From NCBI GenBank assembly GCA_019704295.1, contig AP024596.1:32001-96000 (forward strand): a stretch of DNA of 64,000 nt, read 5' to 3'. The stretch's first letter is position 1. Each line of letters opens with the position of its first letter. This DNA comes from Sulfolobales archaeon HS-7. GTDB lineage: Archaea; Thermoproteota; Thermoprotei_A; Sulfolobales; Sulfolobaceae. Under the pieces are notes generated by a model. That model was given only the letters and a program-made list of their open reading frames with translations, searched no databases and had not been told where the DNA came from. A program made the translations under genes and the position numbers. This document shows, in pieces, positions 21,807-31,452 of this stretch.

Positions 21807-22334
21807 ATGAATACTAGATTCATTGCGAGGACTTTAGGAATCATCTTATTAATCATTTCTGGATATACTTACTTGTTCGGTGGAGTTATTCTAAGGCTTT
21901 TCTCATATCAAGGTCCTTTATTAGGGACGGCTCTTCTGACTTGGTCTTTCATTAATATAGGTGAAATATTATATACAAAAAAAGCGATTATTCCTGCTAT
22001 AATGGCACCCCTAATAGCAGTGCCTTGGCTTATTCCTCAAATTGTCGAAAATATGAATAACTTTCTCATAATTATAGCGTTCCTTTCGCTAATGACCTCC
22101 GGCTTCCTTGAGGGCCTAGCATTTAACTTCCTTGCGTTTCACGTAAAAGCCATACTACTTATTTTAGGCGTAGTTATAGATTTGTCTTACTTAGGTATAA
22201 TATATTACTACTCTTCTATCTTTCATATTCCCTCAACGATAATGCTTAACTACTTACTGATTTTCGTATACTGTGTCAAGTTTCCATCTACGGCAGTCGT
22301 AACGGTTTACATTATGAAAAGACTAAATTTCTAG
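21807..22334 (+). CDS. Multi-pass membrane protein (DUF1404-like)
   Basis: About 5 hydrophobic segments; PWLIP motif. Confidence 0.65.
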   Translation: MNTRFIARTLGIILLIISGYTYLFGGVILRLFSYQGPLLGTALLTWSFINIGEILYTKKAIIPAIMAPLIAVPWLIPQIVENMNNFLIIIAFLSLMTSGFLEGLAFNFLAFHVKAILLILGVVIDLSYLGIIYYYSSIFHIPSTIMLNYLLIFVYCVKFPSTAVVTVYIMKRLNF

Positions 22335-22615
22335 ACACACTCAATTATAGTAATATTATCGCCTACGGTCTCATCCAACAACACGTGAAGTTCTGATTTT
22401 ACGTTAATGTCCTTTAATTCATGAAGCTTTCCAGAAAGCGTAGGGTTTATCAATATGATAGTTTTTTTAGACTCCTTATTCAATATGAAGGAGATGGCCT
22501 TTCCTAAGTGGGAAATTAGCTTATAGTTAATCGATTTTTTTGCACAAGAATCGCTGTCAGATATATATGGCTGTGCAATATTAGGGATCCAACTATATAT
22601 TGATAACGTCAGCAC
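22331..22615 (-). CDS. Small hypothetical protein (DUF4898-like)
   Basis: 94-aa ORF; start uncertain. Confidence 0.5.
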   Translation of the reverse strand: MLTLSIYSWIPNIAQPYISDSDSCAKKSINYKLISHLGKAISFILNKESKKTIILINPTLSGKLHELKDINVKSELHVLLDETVGDNITIIECV

Positions 22616-23017
22616 TTCTTGTTACCGTTATAGTATTTTATATATTTGGCTAATAAAGCTTGTAGGATAATACTCTCAAGAAAATTCACTATAACTTCTA
22701 GGAATTGCAAAAGCTAAACTTTTGACGATATCGAACGTGTAATTTGGGTTAAGCAAGTGATGAATATTAGCTCGCTTGAGTAACTATGTGACAATGTCAT
22801 GCTTTTCCTCAGACGCTTTTCTCCCTTATTTTTCCTGTTAAAAGTAGTTATTTAAATGTTAAGCGAAAAACTATTTTAAATCTACTTCCATGAAATAAGT
22901 TCATAAATCAGAACTGATATAACTATTCCGCTTCTTCATAAAGTTTCAAGGAAACTCTGTAAAGGATAAACAAGTACATTACGTACTTTTTTATGATAGG
23001 CAGACACAATATTAGAT

Positions 23018-23779
23018 ATGATATTGGAAGATCTTTCGTTACTAACTTCACTTTTAGCAGGAACCACGATATTTCTAGGAGGAATTGTAGAAGGCTTTGG
23101 TTATGGACTCTCATTGGGAACGAGCTGGCCATATACTAGGGACATCCATAAAGTCGCTATAAGAGGAGATCCGGAAGCCATACATAGGGTTTTAGCGACT
23201 CTTGTTGGTCTTTTTTCACTTGTTCTAATAATAACTTACTTTAGTGCTTTGACAATAATAGGGTTTATCTCCATAGTTTTTACTGCATTTCTTGGAATGG
23301 CAACGCTTTATGTGCTAGCAGGAAAGCTACCATCCTTCTTTCAAGGATTTCACGATATAGCAGCTTATACTACGTTCCTAACGTATATGCTACTTTTCAC
23401 GCAAGCTAAGGTTAACCTACTGGCATTCTTTACTAACCCCGTTCTTCTCTCTTTTTATGCTGTAATATTTATAGGAGGCACGGTGACGGGAATGAGGAAA
23501 ATGAAGAAACCCATAGGTTACTTTACGCTACCAAAGGAAGGACAGCAAATTGTATGGACGTTACACGGAATCTCTATCATAGTTTTGCTTTACTTCGCTC
23601 TTGTCTTCGGTTACCTTTATGCCTTCCTCTTCGTGATTCTCGACGCAGGTTTAGGAATGATAATGTACTACTTCATAAATAAGTCGCCACAAAAGCCGGG
23701 AATTTACGTCTCTCTTCATCAATTTCTTGCTATCTGTACGGCACTTACAATAGCTCTTTACGCTTTGAGAATTATCTGA
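23018..23779 (+). CDS. Heme A synthase (CtaA/Cox15)-like membrane protein without the Cys loop
   Basis: EAIHR, FHD, LHG and LHQ His motifs in an ~8-TM protein. Confidence 0.7.
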   Translation: MILEDLSLLTSLLAGTTIFLGGIVEGFGYGLSLGTSWPYTRDIHKVAIRGDPEAIHRVLATLVGLFSLVLIITYFSALTIIGFISIVFTAFLGMATLYVLAGKLPSFFQGFHDIAAYTTFLTYMLLFTQAKVNLLAFFTNPVLLSFYAVIFIGGTVTGMRKMKKPIGYFTLPKEGQQIVWTLHGISIIVLLYFALVFGYLYAFLFVILDAGLGMIMYYFINKSPQKPGIYVSLHQFLAICTALTIALYALRII

Positions 23780-23836
23780 GTTCAAAAATTTGAACCAGCA
23801 GGTCCTTTTAATAGTTTAGAGAATGTATTTTTCCTC

Positions 23837-24664
23837 ATGAGATTAATTTATTACATGATTAAAAGATTCCTCACGAATAAGTACAATTGGGGTTATGGAG
23901 TAGCCTTTGTGTTATTCTGGGTTCTCATGGGGGCTTACGTTTTTTCATCTCAAATGCCTTTAGAGAAAACGCCGGACTATTACTATACAGCTGCTTGGAC
24001 GGGAATGGCTATTCTAATGACTTTAGGAACGATAGGTATAGGAGCAACGGCGGTAGTTAGTTTCCAAACGGGGAGTTTATCTCACCTCCTTAGGTTCTCT
24101 AAATTAACGTCAAAATACTACGTAATTTCGGTATATGCAGGTACGATCCCCTCATCCCTGGTTTTCGGAATACTTATAGTAGCTTGCGTATATTTAACAT
24201 TCTCCGAACACTTCGGGTTCAACTTAGCTCCCTCTAATATGCCCGGCCTCTTGTTGGCATCCATTCTAGGAGGGACCTTTATGACGTCCTTGTCTTTTTT
24301 CCTTAACTTAATAATTCTAAAGACTTCTAGGAAGATGGAACAACTTATTTTCTTCATACCGTTAATACTTTCATATTTGTTTGGTTTCGGATACCTTTAT
24401 TTGAATTTGAGTTCCGCAGTATATTTATCCCCCTTTACAGCAATTGATTCCCTAATAATGGAATTTTACTTGAATAAGTCAATTCCGTTAAACTTCTCGT
24501 CGTTAGTTGATGGCAATTACTTAACCGCAACAGGAGGGACTGTTGTATCTCCTGTTTTAGCAATAGCTTCGCTTGTAGTGTGGACAGTTGTTTTAACGTT
24601 TATCGGAATCTACTTTGTCAGAAGCGTTTACTATAAACCGTTAGAGGAGGGGAGAATAGCGTGA
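23837..24664 (+). CDS. ABC-2-type exporter permease
   Basis: About 6 TM helices; overlaps the ABC ATPase gene. Confidence 0.8.
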   Translation: MRLIYYMIKRFLTNKYNWGYGVAFVLFWVLMGAYVFSSQMPLEKTPDYYYTAAWTGMAILMTLGTIGIGATAVVSFQTGSLSHLLRFSKLTSKYYVISVYAGTIPSSLVFGILIVACVYLTFSEHFGFNLAPSNMPGLLLASILGGTFMTSLSFFLNLIILKTSRKMEQLIFFIPLILSYLFGFGYLYLNLSSAVYLSPFTAIDSLIMEFYLNKSIPLNFSSLVDGNYLTATGGTVVSPVLAIASLVVWTVVLTFIGIYFVRSVYYKPLEEGRIA

Positions 24665-25422
24665 TAGAGCTTAAGGACGCCGTAGTGGAACTAGGAGGGA
24701 AGGAGATAATTAAACAGACCTCAACTAGGATTTCCGGTAAGACCGTACTTTTAGGTCCTAACGGTTCAGGTAAAACAACTTTGCTAAGGGCTATGGCAGG
24801 GGTGATTCCTTATCGAGGGAGCATAATGATAAATGGAATAGAAGTGAAGCGAGCTAGAAACGTTAACGCAATCTCTACAAACCTTCCTGAGGCATTCGTC
24901 TTGGGCCTCACCATGGAAGATGTGATTTACCTTTATGAGGAAATAAAGCAACTAGACGGAGAGAAGGCAAGGGAAATGTTAAGGGAAGTTGGAATAACGG
25001 ACCTCAAGAAAAAGGTTTACGAACTCTCCGCAGGCCAGGGCGTTCTATTCCGTACGATTATCGCTCTTTCGTCAGAACCCGAGGTTATTTTACTTGATGA
25101 GCCTTTTGAAAACGTAGATGCTGCGAAAAGGTATAAAGTTGCTAACTGGATTAAGGAGTTCGGAAAAGAGGGCGTAATTGTAACTCATGAATTGGATATA
25201 GCAAAGACGTTTAAGAGTTACGATTCGCTAATTATCCTTGAGGGAAGGCTGCACGGACTCGTGAATTTAGGTGAGCTACTGGACTCGACAATAGAAGAAG
25301 GGGAAGTGCCCGGTGCTATCCTTTATATGAACGTTGGAGGAAGGAAGTTCTCCTTGATAAAGCAAGGGAAAGGGAAGAAGTTCGAAGATCTGATTCTATT
25401 GGACAGGATTTACAATATCTAG
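24661..25422 (+). CDS. ABC transporter ATP-binding protein
   Basis: GPNGSGKTT, LSAGQ, LLDEP and VTH motifs. Confidence 0.95.
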   Translation: MIELKDAVVELGGKEIIKQTSTRISGKTVLLGPNGSGKTTLLRAMAGVIPYRGSIMINGIEVKRARNVNAISTNLPEAFVLGLTMEDVIYLYEEIKQLDGEKAREMLREVGITDLKKKVYELSAGQGVLFRTIIALSSEPEVILLDEPFENVDAAKRYKVANWIKEFGKEGVIVTHELDIAKTFKSYDSLIILEGRLHGLVNLGELLDSTIEEGEVPGAILYMNVGGRKFSLIKQGKGKKFEDLILLDRIYNI

Positions 25423-25431
25423 GTAATTGCC

Positions 25432-26058
25432 TTGGAAAAAAGAAACTTAGTTAGGGAATCGGAGGAAATAGCATGGAAAATTATAAGGAGGAAGTTCAGG
25501 TTAACGCTAGCTAGATACTATCTTCTCTGGAGTACTTTGCCCATAATATTTTCCCTTATTTACAGTGTTATTCCTTACTCCTCCGATCTATATTACGTAG
25601 TTACTCCTGTGGTTTATGTACCGTATTTCCTATTTACTACCGTTTTATTCAGGAGAGCTTATAATGTGTATAGAAGACTTGTACTCTCCGGTTCCGAAAG
25701 AAGTATTTCAAGATCTGGTAAAGTGGATTGGTTTAGTTTAGAATTTGCATTAATAACGCTAATTTACGTAATTGCTTTCGGGTTAATCTACTACGGAGTC
25801 GCAACCTCAACCGTAGTTTTTACGATAGTTGGCGGAGTAATTTTCGGTGTCATGTTGTTATGGGGTTTCATGTCCGCAATTAGACTTACTGGTCGGCTAA
25901 GATATTACGATGTAGTAGCTGTGATAACTCTGTTCTTCACAATTGTTGCTCTTTTCATTCCTTTTAGTAACGTAAATCTATTGATTTACTACGCCTTTAG
26001 CCTATCCTGGATATTCGCAGGTTATGCTTCCTTTATGGAGGTTCAGAACAGTGAGTGA
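25432..26058 (+). CDS. Membrane protein
   Basis: About 6 TM helices; part of the ABC operon. Confidence 0.75.
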   Translation: MEKRNLVRESEEIAWKIIRRKFRLTLARYYLLWSTLPIIFSLIYSVIPYSSDLYYVVTPVVYVPYFLFTTVLFRRAYNVYRRLVLSGSERSISRSGKVDWFSLEFALITLIYVIAFGLIYYGVATSTVVFTIVGGVIFGVMLLWGFMSAIRLTGRLRYYDVVAVITLFFTIVALFIPFSNVNLLIYYAFSLSWIFAGYASFMEVQNSE

Positions 26059-26359
26059 CGAACTTAAGAGGTTAATTGATTTACTTTCCACTCCCGCTTT
26101 TTCCAACTCCGTCAGAGTTGGGATACTTCTCTCCCTTCTATACCTAGATCGGATCACCTTTACCGATCTCCTTAAAACTTTAGACTTACCTAAAAGTACT
26201 CTCTTTACGCATTTACAGGTTCTTCAAGATGAGGGACTAATTCTGATGAAGAAGGGCCTAACCTTAGACGGGCCTAGAACATTCATAGTACTTACCGATA
26301 AAGGGAAGGAGTTGATTAATCAATACCTAACCCTTGTAAAGCGACTTAACGAACATTAA
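26051..26359 (+). CDS. ArsR/MarR-like winged-helix regulator
   Basis: VRVGILLSL, KSTLFTHLQVL and PRTFIVLTDKG motifs; GTG start at 26051. Confidence 0.85.
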   Translation: MSDELKRLIDLLSTPAFSNSVRVGILLSLLYLDRITFTDLLKTLDLPKSTLFTHLQVLQDEGLILMKKGLTLDGPRTFIVLTDKGKELINQYLTLVKRLNEH

Positions 26360-26508
26360 CCGTTTCTTAACACTACGTAATATGTGTTTTACAACGCCTT
26401 TAGCTATACCCACACTTTCAAAGGGCTATCACGAAGTTCAGTTTCGTTCACCTCTCAATTTACGGATAGTACAACATCCGTTAATTATGTTTAGTGAACG
26501 TACTATTT

Positions 26509-26754
26509 ATGGGAAGGACGATCCCATCATTAACTGACGCAATAAGGGAAGAGCAATCTAGATTGATTAGAGTGGCAATGAAAATCAGGGATGAGAGATT
26601 GAGGGCAAAGCTGATCCAGGGTATAGAATCCTCTCGACTCCTTCAGGACGCGTTTTATGACGAGATAGCAGATCCTCAGGAAATAGTTCTCCTTTCAATA
26701 ATTCTCAGCATGTGTGATTGCGGTGATAGGTTACCTTCTGGACGCAATTCCTAA
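26509..26754 (+). CDS. Small PolB2-associated protein
   Basis: MGRTIPS N-terminus; overlaps the polB2 start. Confidence 0.75.
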   Translation: MGRTIPSLTDAIREEQSRLIRVAMKIRDERLRAKLIQGIESSRLLQDAFYDEIADPQEIVLLSIILSMCDCGDRLPSGRNS

Positions 26755-28423
26755 AAGGGGAGGGCTCGAGGTAGTTTTAGACGGAAATAGGAGGAGTTTC
26801 GTCAGGACGACCTTCCCTATATACATCATTACGGACGAACCGGAGAAAGTGATGCAATATCCCTCTGTTCTCTCTTACGAAAGAGAGGAATGGTTCGCAC
26901 CTCCAGATTACAAGAGGAAGATAACCCTTTTTAGATATGAATTGGACAGCGTAAATGCCTTTTACTACCTTGTTAAAAAATGTAACGTTGTTAATACCTT
27001 TCCCTCAGTAGTTACCCAGACTCTTCTTAGACTTGGAGTTTTGCCGACTCATCTAATCGAGGTGGGAAATAAAGTGCGCCTTATGGAACCTGAGGACTCC
27101 TTAGTAGAGCCTAAGCTCACCATAGTTACCGTAGAGAGATATGACTGGTACGGCATTACCCCAAAAGGTCGGTATTATAGAGTTTACAGAAATTACGAGT
27201 TGATTGAGGAGGGCAAGGGAGTAATGCCGAGATTTACCGCAGATATAGCGGAATGTATAGGTAACTGCAACGTAGAATCTCCTATTGTAATTAACAGAAC
27301 GAGGAGTTTCCTGAAGGCTAGGCAGTTAATTGAATGGTCACGGGTGGGGAGGGTATTGCTAAGGGAAGTGATGTACTCCACAATAGGTAAAGTGCTGACA
27401 ACGAACGAGGCTGTTCACGCACTGAGGAGAAAATACATCGTTCCTCGGATAAAAACCAATGTAGAGAAGTTGAAAACCTTGGACGAACTTAGTTACATGG
27501 ATAAGGGAGGACTAATTCTGATCCCTAGACCTGGATGTTACAATAACGTTAAGCAAATCGATTTCTCCTCAATGTACCCTACAATAATCTCTAGATTCAA
27601 TATATCCCCAGAGACTGTTGATGAGTGCGACGATGTAGATGCGGGAGTTCATAAGATATGTACGAAGAGAAGAGGTCTTGTGGCAGAGGCAATAGAGTGG
27701 TTAATCGATAGAAAAGAAAAACTGAAGTCAATAGATGAGGAGAGGGCGGAAGCCGTAAAGTGGATCCTCGTGGCCTCCTTCGGCTATCTCGGTTATCGTC
27801 ACTCGCGTTTTGGCAGGATAGAGGCCTATGAATCAGTAACTTATATTGCGAGGAAAACCCTTAGAAAAGCCCTTCAGGTCCTCGGCGACAGAGCTATACA
27901 CGGGATAGTCGACTCCGTTGCTTATCAAGGTGACAAATCTCTCGCGGAGAAGGTAAGGGAAGTAACCGGCATGAAGCTTAAGGTGGAGAGTTACGACTGG
28001 TTCGTCATATCGGAAAGCGGAGGAGACGGAGTGCCTACAAGGTACTTCGCTCGTGGAAACGGAATGAAGGTAAGGGGGGTAATAAGGAGAAACATGCCTA
28101 ACCTAGTAAAGGATTTTCTAGCAAATGCGCTCAAGGTTATGCAGAAGGCAGATAGTTGCGAGGAACTTTTGTACGTGATACCAGATATTTATACCCTATA
28201 TCGAGAATACAAAAGAAGGAATTTCGAGCCCAGAGATTACGTTATTGAAGTCAACGGTAACTACCTCATAAGGGGGAATTCCGGATTTTATAACGCCGAA
28301 CTCGGGTTTCATGGTGGCGATAGGGAGTATTATTTGAATTACCTTAATAGAGCTCTTAGTACATTACTTAAGCCCATTGTAGGAGTCCCGGGGAATAGGC
28401 CTTCCCTAGCATCTCATGAATAG
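26714..28423 (+). CDS. dpo2: Family B DNA polymerase, PolB2/Dpo2 group
   Basis: DFSSMYP, KWILVASFGYLG and the variant motif C HGIVDS; no recognisable exonuclease motifs. Confidence 0.92.
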   Translation: MIAVIGYLLDAIPKRGGLEVVLDGNRRSFVRTTFPIYIITDEPEKVMQYPSVLSYEREEWFAPPDYKRKITLFRYELDSVNAFYYLVKKCNVVNTFPSVVTQTLLRLGVLPTHLIEVGNKVRLMEPEDSLVEPKLTIVTVERYDWYGITPKGRYYRVYRNYELIEEGKGVMPRFTADIAECIGNCNVESPIVINRTRSFLKARQLIEWSRVGRVLLREVMYSTIGKVLTTNEAVHALRRKYIVPRIKTNVEKLKTLDELSYMDKGGLILIPRPGCYNNVKQIDFSSMYPTIISRFNISPETVDECDDVDAGVHKICTKRRGLVAEAIEWLIDRKEKLKSIDEERAEAVKWILVASFGYLGYRHSRFGRIEAYESVTYIARKTLRKALQVLGDRAIHGIVDSVAYQGDKSLAEKVREVTGMKLKVESYDWFVISESGGDGVPTRYFARGNGMKVRGVIRRNMPNLVKDFLANALKVMQKADSCEELLYVIPDIYTLYREYKRRNFEPRDYVIEVNGNYLIRGNSGFYNAELGFHGGDREYYLNYLNRALSTLLKPIVGVPGNRPSLASHE

Positions 28424-28922
28424 ATACGCGAATTTCAGAATAAGGTCTAGACGGATGCTTAATTAGCTGAAACAAGTAACCCTTATACCCCTTTTTCACC
28501 CTAATAATCGCGTTCATTTCGTGAAGGTTAAAGTGATCTGCGTATGGTCTATCGTTAATCTCTCGAGTGAAGACAAAGGCCCTTCTTCTAAGGGAGGAGG
28601 AGATTTTGGTGAAAAGCTTTCCGTGATGATAAGGATCTATTACTATTACCTCTCCTTCAACTGAATCGATTGTAGGAGCTACATCTTCAGCTTTAAATGC
28701 CCTCTTTACGTAAATTAGTGAACTGTTCTGAAGTATTCTCTGAAATCTTTTTATCGTGAATGGGTCGAGTCTGCCGAACTCTTGGACGATCACTACGCTT
28801 ATGGGCGCAGAGATCGCTGCCGTTCTATGGGCTAAAAGGAGTACGTCGTTCCAACTTCCGAAGAACTCAACCCTTTCCTCTGTTCTTATAAGCTCGTCTA
28901 CCTCGGGAATTCCGGTCCGCAT
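28368..28922 (-). CDS. Inactivated RecA/RadA-like protein associated with PolB2
   Basis: TGIPEVDELI start, VKRAF and VIVIDP; no Walker A; adjacent to polB2. Confidence 0.7.
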   Translation of the reverse strand: MRTGIPEVDELIRTEERVEFFGSWNDVLLLAHRTAAISAPISVVIVQEFGRLDPFTIKRFQRILQNSSLIYVKRAFKAEDVAPTIDSVEGEVIVIDPYHHGKLFTKISSSLRRRAFVFTREINDRPYADHFNLHEMNAIIRVKKGYKGYLFQLIKHPSRPYSEIRVSIHEMLGKAYSPGLLQWA

Positions 28923-28990
28923 AAGTACGCTTTTGAGTAATTAGCAAAAAGCGATACCTTACTTAGGTAAATTGACACTTACCCGAAACT

Positions 28991-29365
28991 TTACTCAATC
29001 TTTACTTTTACTGCTCCTTCTATAGGTATTCTTAGGGAAAGGACTCCGTTCTCGTACTTGCCTTCTACTGTAGCGTCCTTCGGAGTTTTTACGGGTAGTC
29101 TTACGGCCCTGGAAATCCTCCTAGGTCGCTGAGAAGAATATTTTATCCCTGGCATCTTCTCATCTTCTTTCTTCGCCTCAATTAATAGCACGTTGTCCGA
29201 TCTTATCCGTACGTGGATGTTATCCTTATTGAAACCGGGTAAATCGACCATTATGACGAGCTCGTTTCCTTCTTCGTACATGTCAATTGGGGGGAGAACC
29301 CTTTCGTAGAACTCCCTCGTAAGTTCGTCAAGTTGTTTCGATATCTCCCTTAATATCATCTCCAT
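28991..29365 (-). CDS. Small heat shock protein (Hsp20 family)
   Basis: PPIDMYE, DLPGF and GKYENGVL motifs. Confidence 0.93.
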   Translation of the reverse strand: MEMILREISKQLDELTREFYERVLPPIDMYEEGNELVIMVDLPGFNKDNIHVRIRSDNVLLIEAKKEDEKMPGIKYSSQRPRRISRAVRLPVKTPKDATVEGKYENGVLSLRIPIEGAVKVKIE

Positions 29366-29727
29366 TCTATTACACCTCTGTGAATATCTCACCGCTCAAA
29401 TATATTAGTGATGCCTTCTCCTGAATAAAAGTCTATATATTAGCCATAATAGGAGCCTTTTTCTTAACATAGAACCCATGTGAGAATGCGACTTCATAGA
29501 TATAACTATATCTACTGAATAAATAAGGCTTTCCTTAAGCAATTTTGGTGGCACGCTATAGTGAGCTAGTTAAGGGGGTTTCTAGGTTCCTCAACTTCTC
29601 CAGAGGACTCTATAGGCACTATGTCATCACACATTAAACTTAACGTATAGACGTTATTACCTTTTATTATTCATTTAGTTAGAAAATTAATAGTAATACT
29701 TTTAACCGAATCTTTAAACTAAGACCT

Positions 29728-30510
29728 ATGATATCCGAGAAAGAAGTCGGAATTAAGGCAAGCGACGGAAGTAATATAATTGCGTTTCAGGCTTCCCCAG
29801 AACATTACACTGCAGGGATAATAGTCATACATGAGATATTCGGGTTGACCGATTACATAAAGAATGTAGCAAGAAGACTGGCTAATGAGGGTTATTTAGC
29901 CGTGGCTCCTAACCTTTACTCAAGGAAAATTAACGTGCTAACTCCGGAGAACATAGCGGGTGTGATGAGGAGGTTCTGGTCGCTACCGCCTGAGAAGAGG
30001 AATGATGCACAAGCTATTTCCCAGCTCTTATCGACCTTATCAGAAAAGGAAAAGGAGGTATATTCTACTCTAATGCAGAACAGAGATTCGCTGGAGAATC
30101 AGATGTTAGACGACCTTAAATCTGTACACAAATACGTAATGGACTCCGGTGCTAAAAAGATCGGTGTTATAGGTTTTTGTATGGGAGGAGGTCTATCCTT
30201 CCAAATCTCGACTATGGTTCCATTTGATGCAACTGTAGTATATTACGGAAGGAACCCTCGAAACATAGGCGACATATCTAAACTAAAGGGACCGGTTTTA
30301 GCCATGTATGCTGGGGAGGACAGCGGTATAAATGCTGGACTTCCTGAACTTATGTCGGCGATCATAAAGTACAAGCCCTCATTTGAAATGAAGCTCTATC
30401 CAGGTACTTACCACGCATTTGCAACTGAAGGAGGACCTGTCTATAACGAGGCTGCAGCAAAAGACGCATGGGAAAGAACGGTTAACTTTTACAAGAAGAA
30501 CTTAGGGTGA
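29728..30510 (+). CDS. Dienelactone hydrolase family protein
   Basis: HEIFG, GFCMGG and HAF motifs. Confidence 0.93.
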   Translation: MISEKEVGIKASDGSNIIAFQASPEHYTAGIIVIHEIFGLTDYIKNVARRLANEGYLAVAPNLYSRKINVLTPENIAGVMRRFWSLPPEKRNDAQAISQLLSTLSEKEKEVYSTLMQNRDSLENQMLDDLKSVHKYVMDSGAKKIGVIGFCMGGGLSFQISTMVPFDATVVYYGRNPRNIGDISKLKGPVLAMYAGEDSGINAGLPELMSAIIKYKPSFEMKLYPGTYHAFATEGGPVYNEAAAKDAWERTVNFYKKNLG

Positions 30511-30514
30511 TCAA

Positions 30515-30625
30515 ATGGAGGAAAAGAAGGGAGAAATCATTAATGATTGTTTTAACACGTGGGTAAGGATACTAGAAATGACTGAAAAAGAGATAAAGGG
30601 GAAAGATAGTAAGGGAGAAAAATAA
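30515..30625 (+). CDS. Putative 36-aa small protein
   Basis: MEEKKGEIINDCFNTWVRILEMTEKEIKGKDSKGEK; GGTGA Shine-Dalgarno 4 nt upstream, overlapping the previous stop. Confidence 0.5.
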   Translation: MEEKKGEIINDCFNTWVRILEMTEKEIKGKDSKGEK

Positions 30626-30694
30626 ACCCCTTTTCCTTAAGTGTAGCTAATAGTTTCGTCCTTAACTCTGAAGGTAAAGAATTTAACTTACTTC

Positions 30695-31444
30695 GTGAAT
30701 TCTAGAAGCGTGGATATTACTTTTTCGATGAAACCAGTGGAGATAGGAAAGAAAGTAGTCAACGAATGTGAAAAATACGTAACGGTCCTTTCTCCAAAAA
30801 TAGAAGACGAAACGTATAAATTAATACTAACTAAGGCATACGAGGGATGTAACGCTTTCATCTTCTCGCCAGATAGACGCGCTATAACTGCGTTAAATCT
30901 GCAAGCCAATAAGTACAGGTGGGAGGAAGAAGAGAGATTAGCGAATGACGCAAGAAAAATTGAAAGAAACCTGAAAATCGTGAATTACCTCTTATATATT
31001 ACCGGAATATTAGCCGCACTGGGAGTGGGGTTAAGTTATTACTTACTGGCGGGATTTCTCTTTTATATAGCCCTTATTGCGATTGTTGCTTCTACTGTGG
31101 CCATATACATCGTAGAATTACGAGAGAAGAAAAACTATAGTTGGAGGATCGCAATAAATAGAAAATTCCTTGAGGACTTCATAGAGGAGGTGAAGGAAGA
31201 TAGGAAAAAGATGAAGAGGAGAATATATGCTAAGGAAATTCCCGATGTAATCAATGACGTTATTATCGTAAACGAGAAGCAAGGTATTTCCTTCTCCGCA
31301 CTTGGATTAGAACAACGGGATAGAATTACTACTGTGTTAAGATTTCAAACCAGTGAAGTAAACATGTCACCTGTCATAAAATCTCTCTGTGGAGCTACGT
31401 GTCTTGAGGAATTTCTAACGGTAATAAACGCAAAGAGCTCGTAA
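30695..31444 (+). CDS. Membrane protein with two central TM helices inside a possibly PLD-like fold
   Basis: KYVTVLSPKI and VIIVNEK segments flank a TM hairpin; no HxK motif. Confidence 0.65.
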   Translation: MNSRSVDITFSMKPVEIGKKVVNECEKYVTVLSPKIEDETYKLILTKAYEGCNAFIFSPDRRAITALNLQANKYRWEEEERLANDARKIERNLKIVNYLLYITGILAALGVGLSYYLLAGFLFYIALIAIVASTVAIYIVELREKKNYSWRIAINRKFLEDFIEEVKEDRKKMKRRIYAKEIPDVINDVIIVNEKQGISFSALGLEQRDRITTVLRFQTSEVNMSPVIKSLCGATCLEEFLTVINAKSS

Positions 31445-31452
31445 TACTGGTA

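Noticed and set aside
22757-22813. Possible C/D box sRNA (GTGATGA...TTGA...CAGA)
   Set aside because: No canonical CTGA D box at the expected spacing
26414-26445. ANTTTC DNA-damage-responsive elements upstream of the polB2 operon
   Set aside because: Plausible, but a degenerate 6-mer is too frequent to support without TSS data
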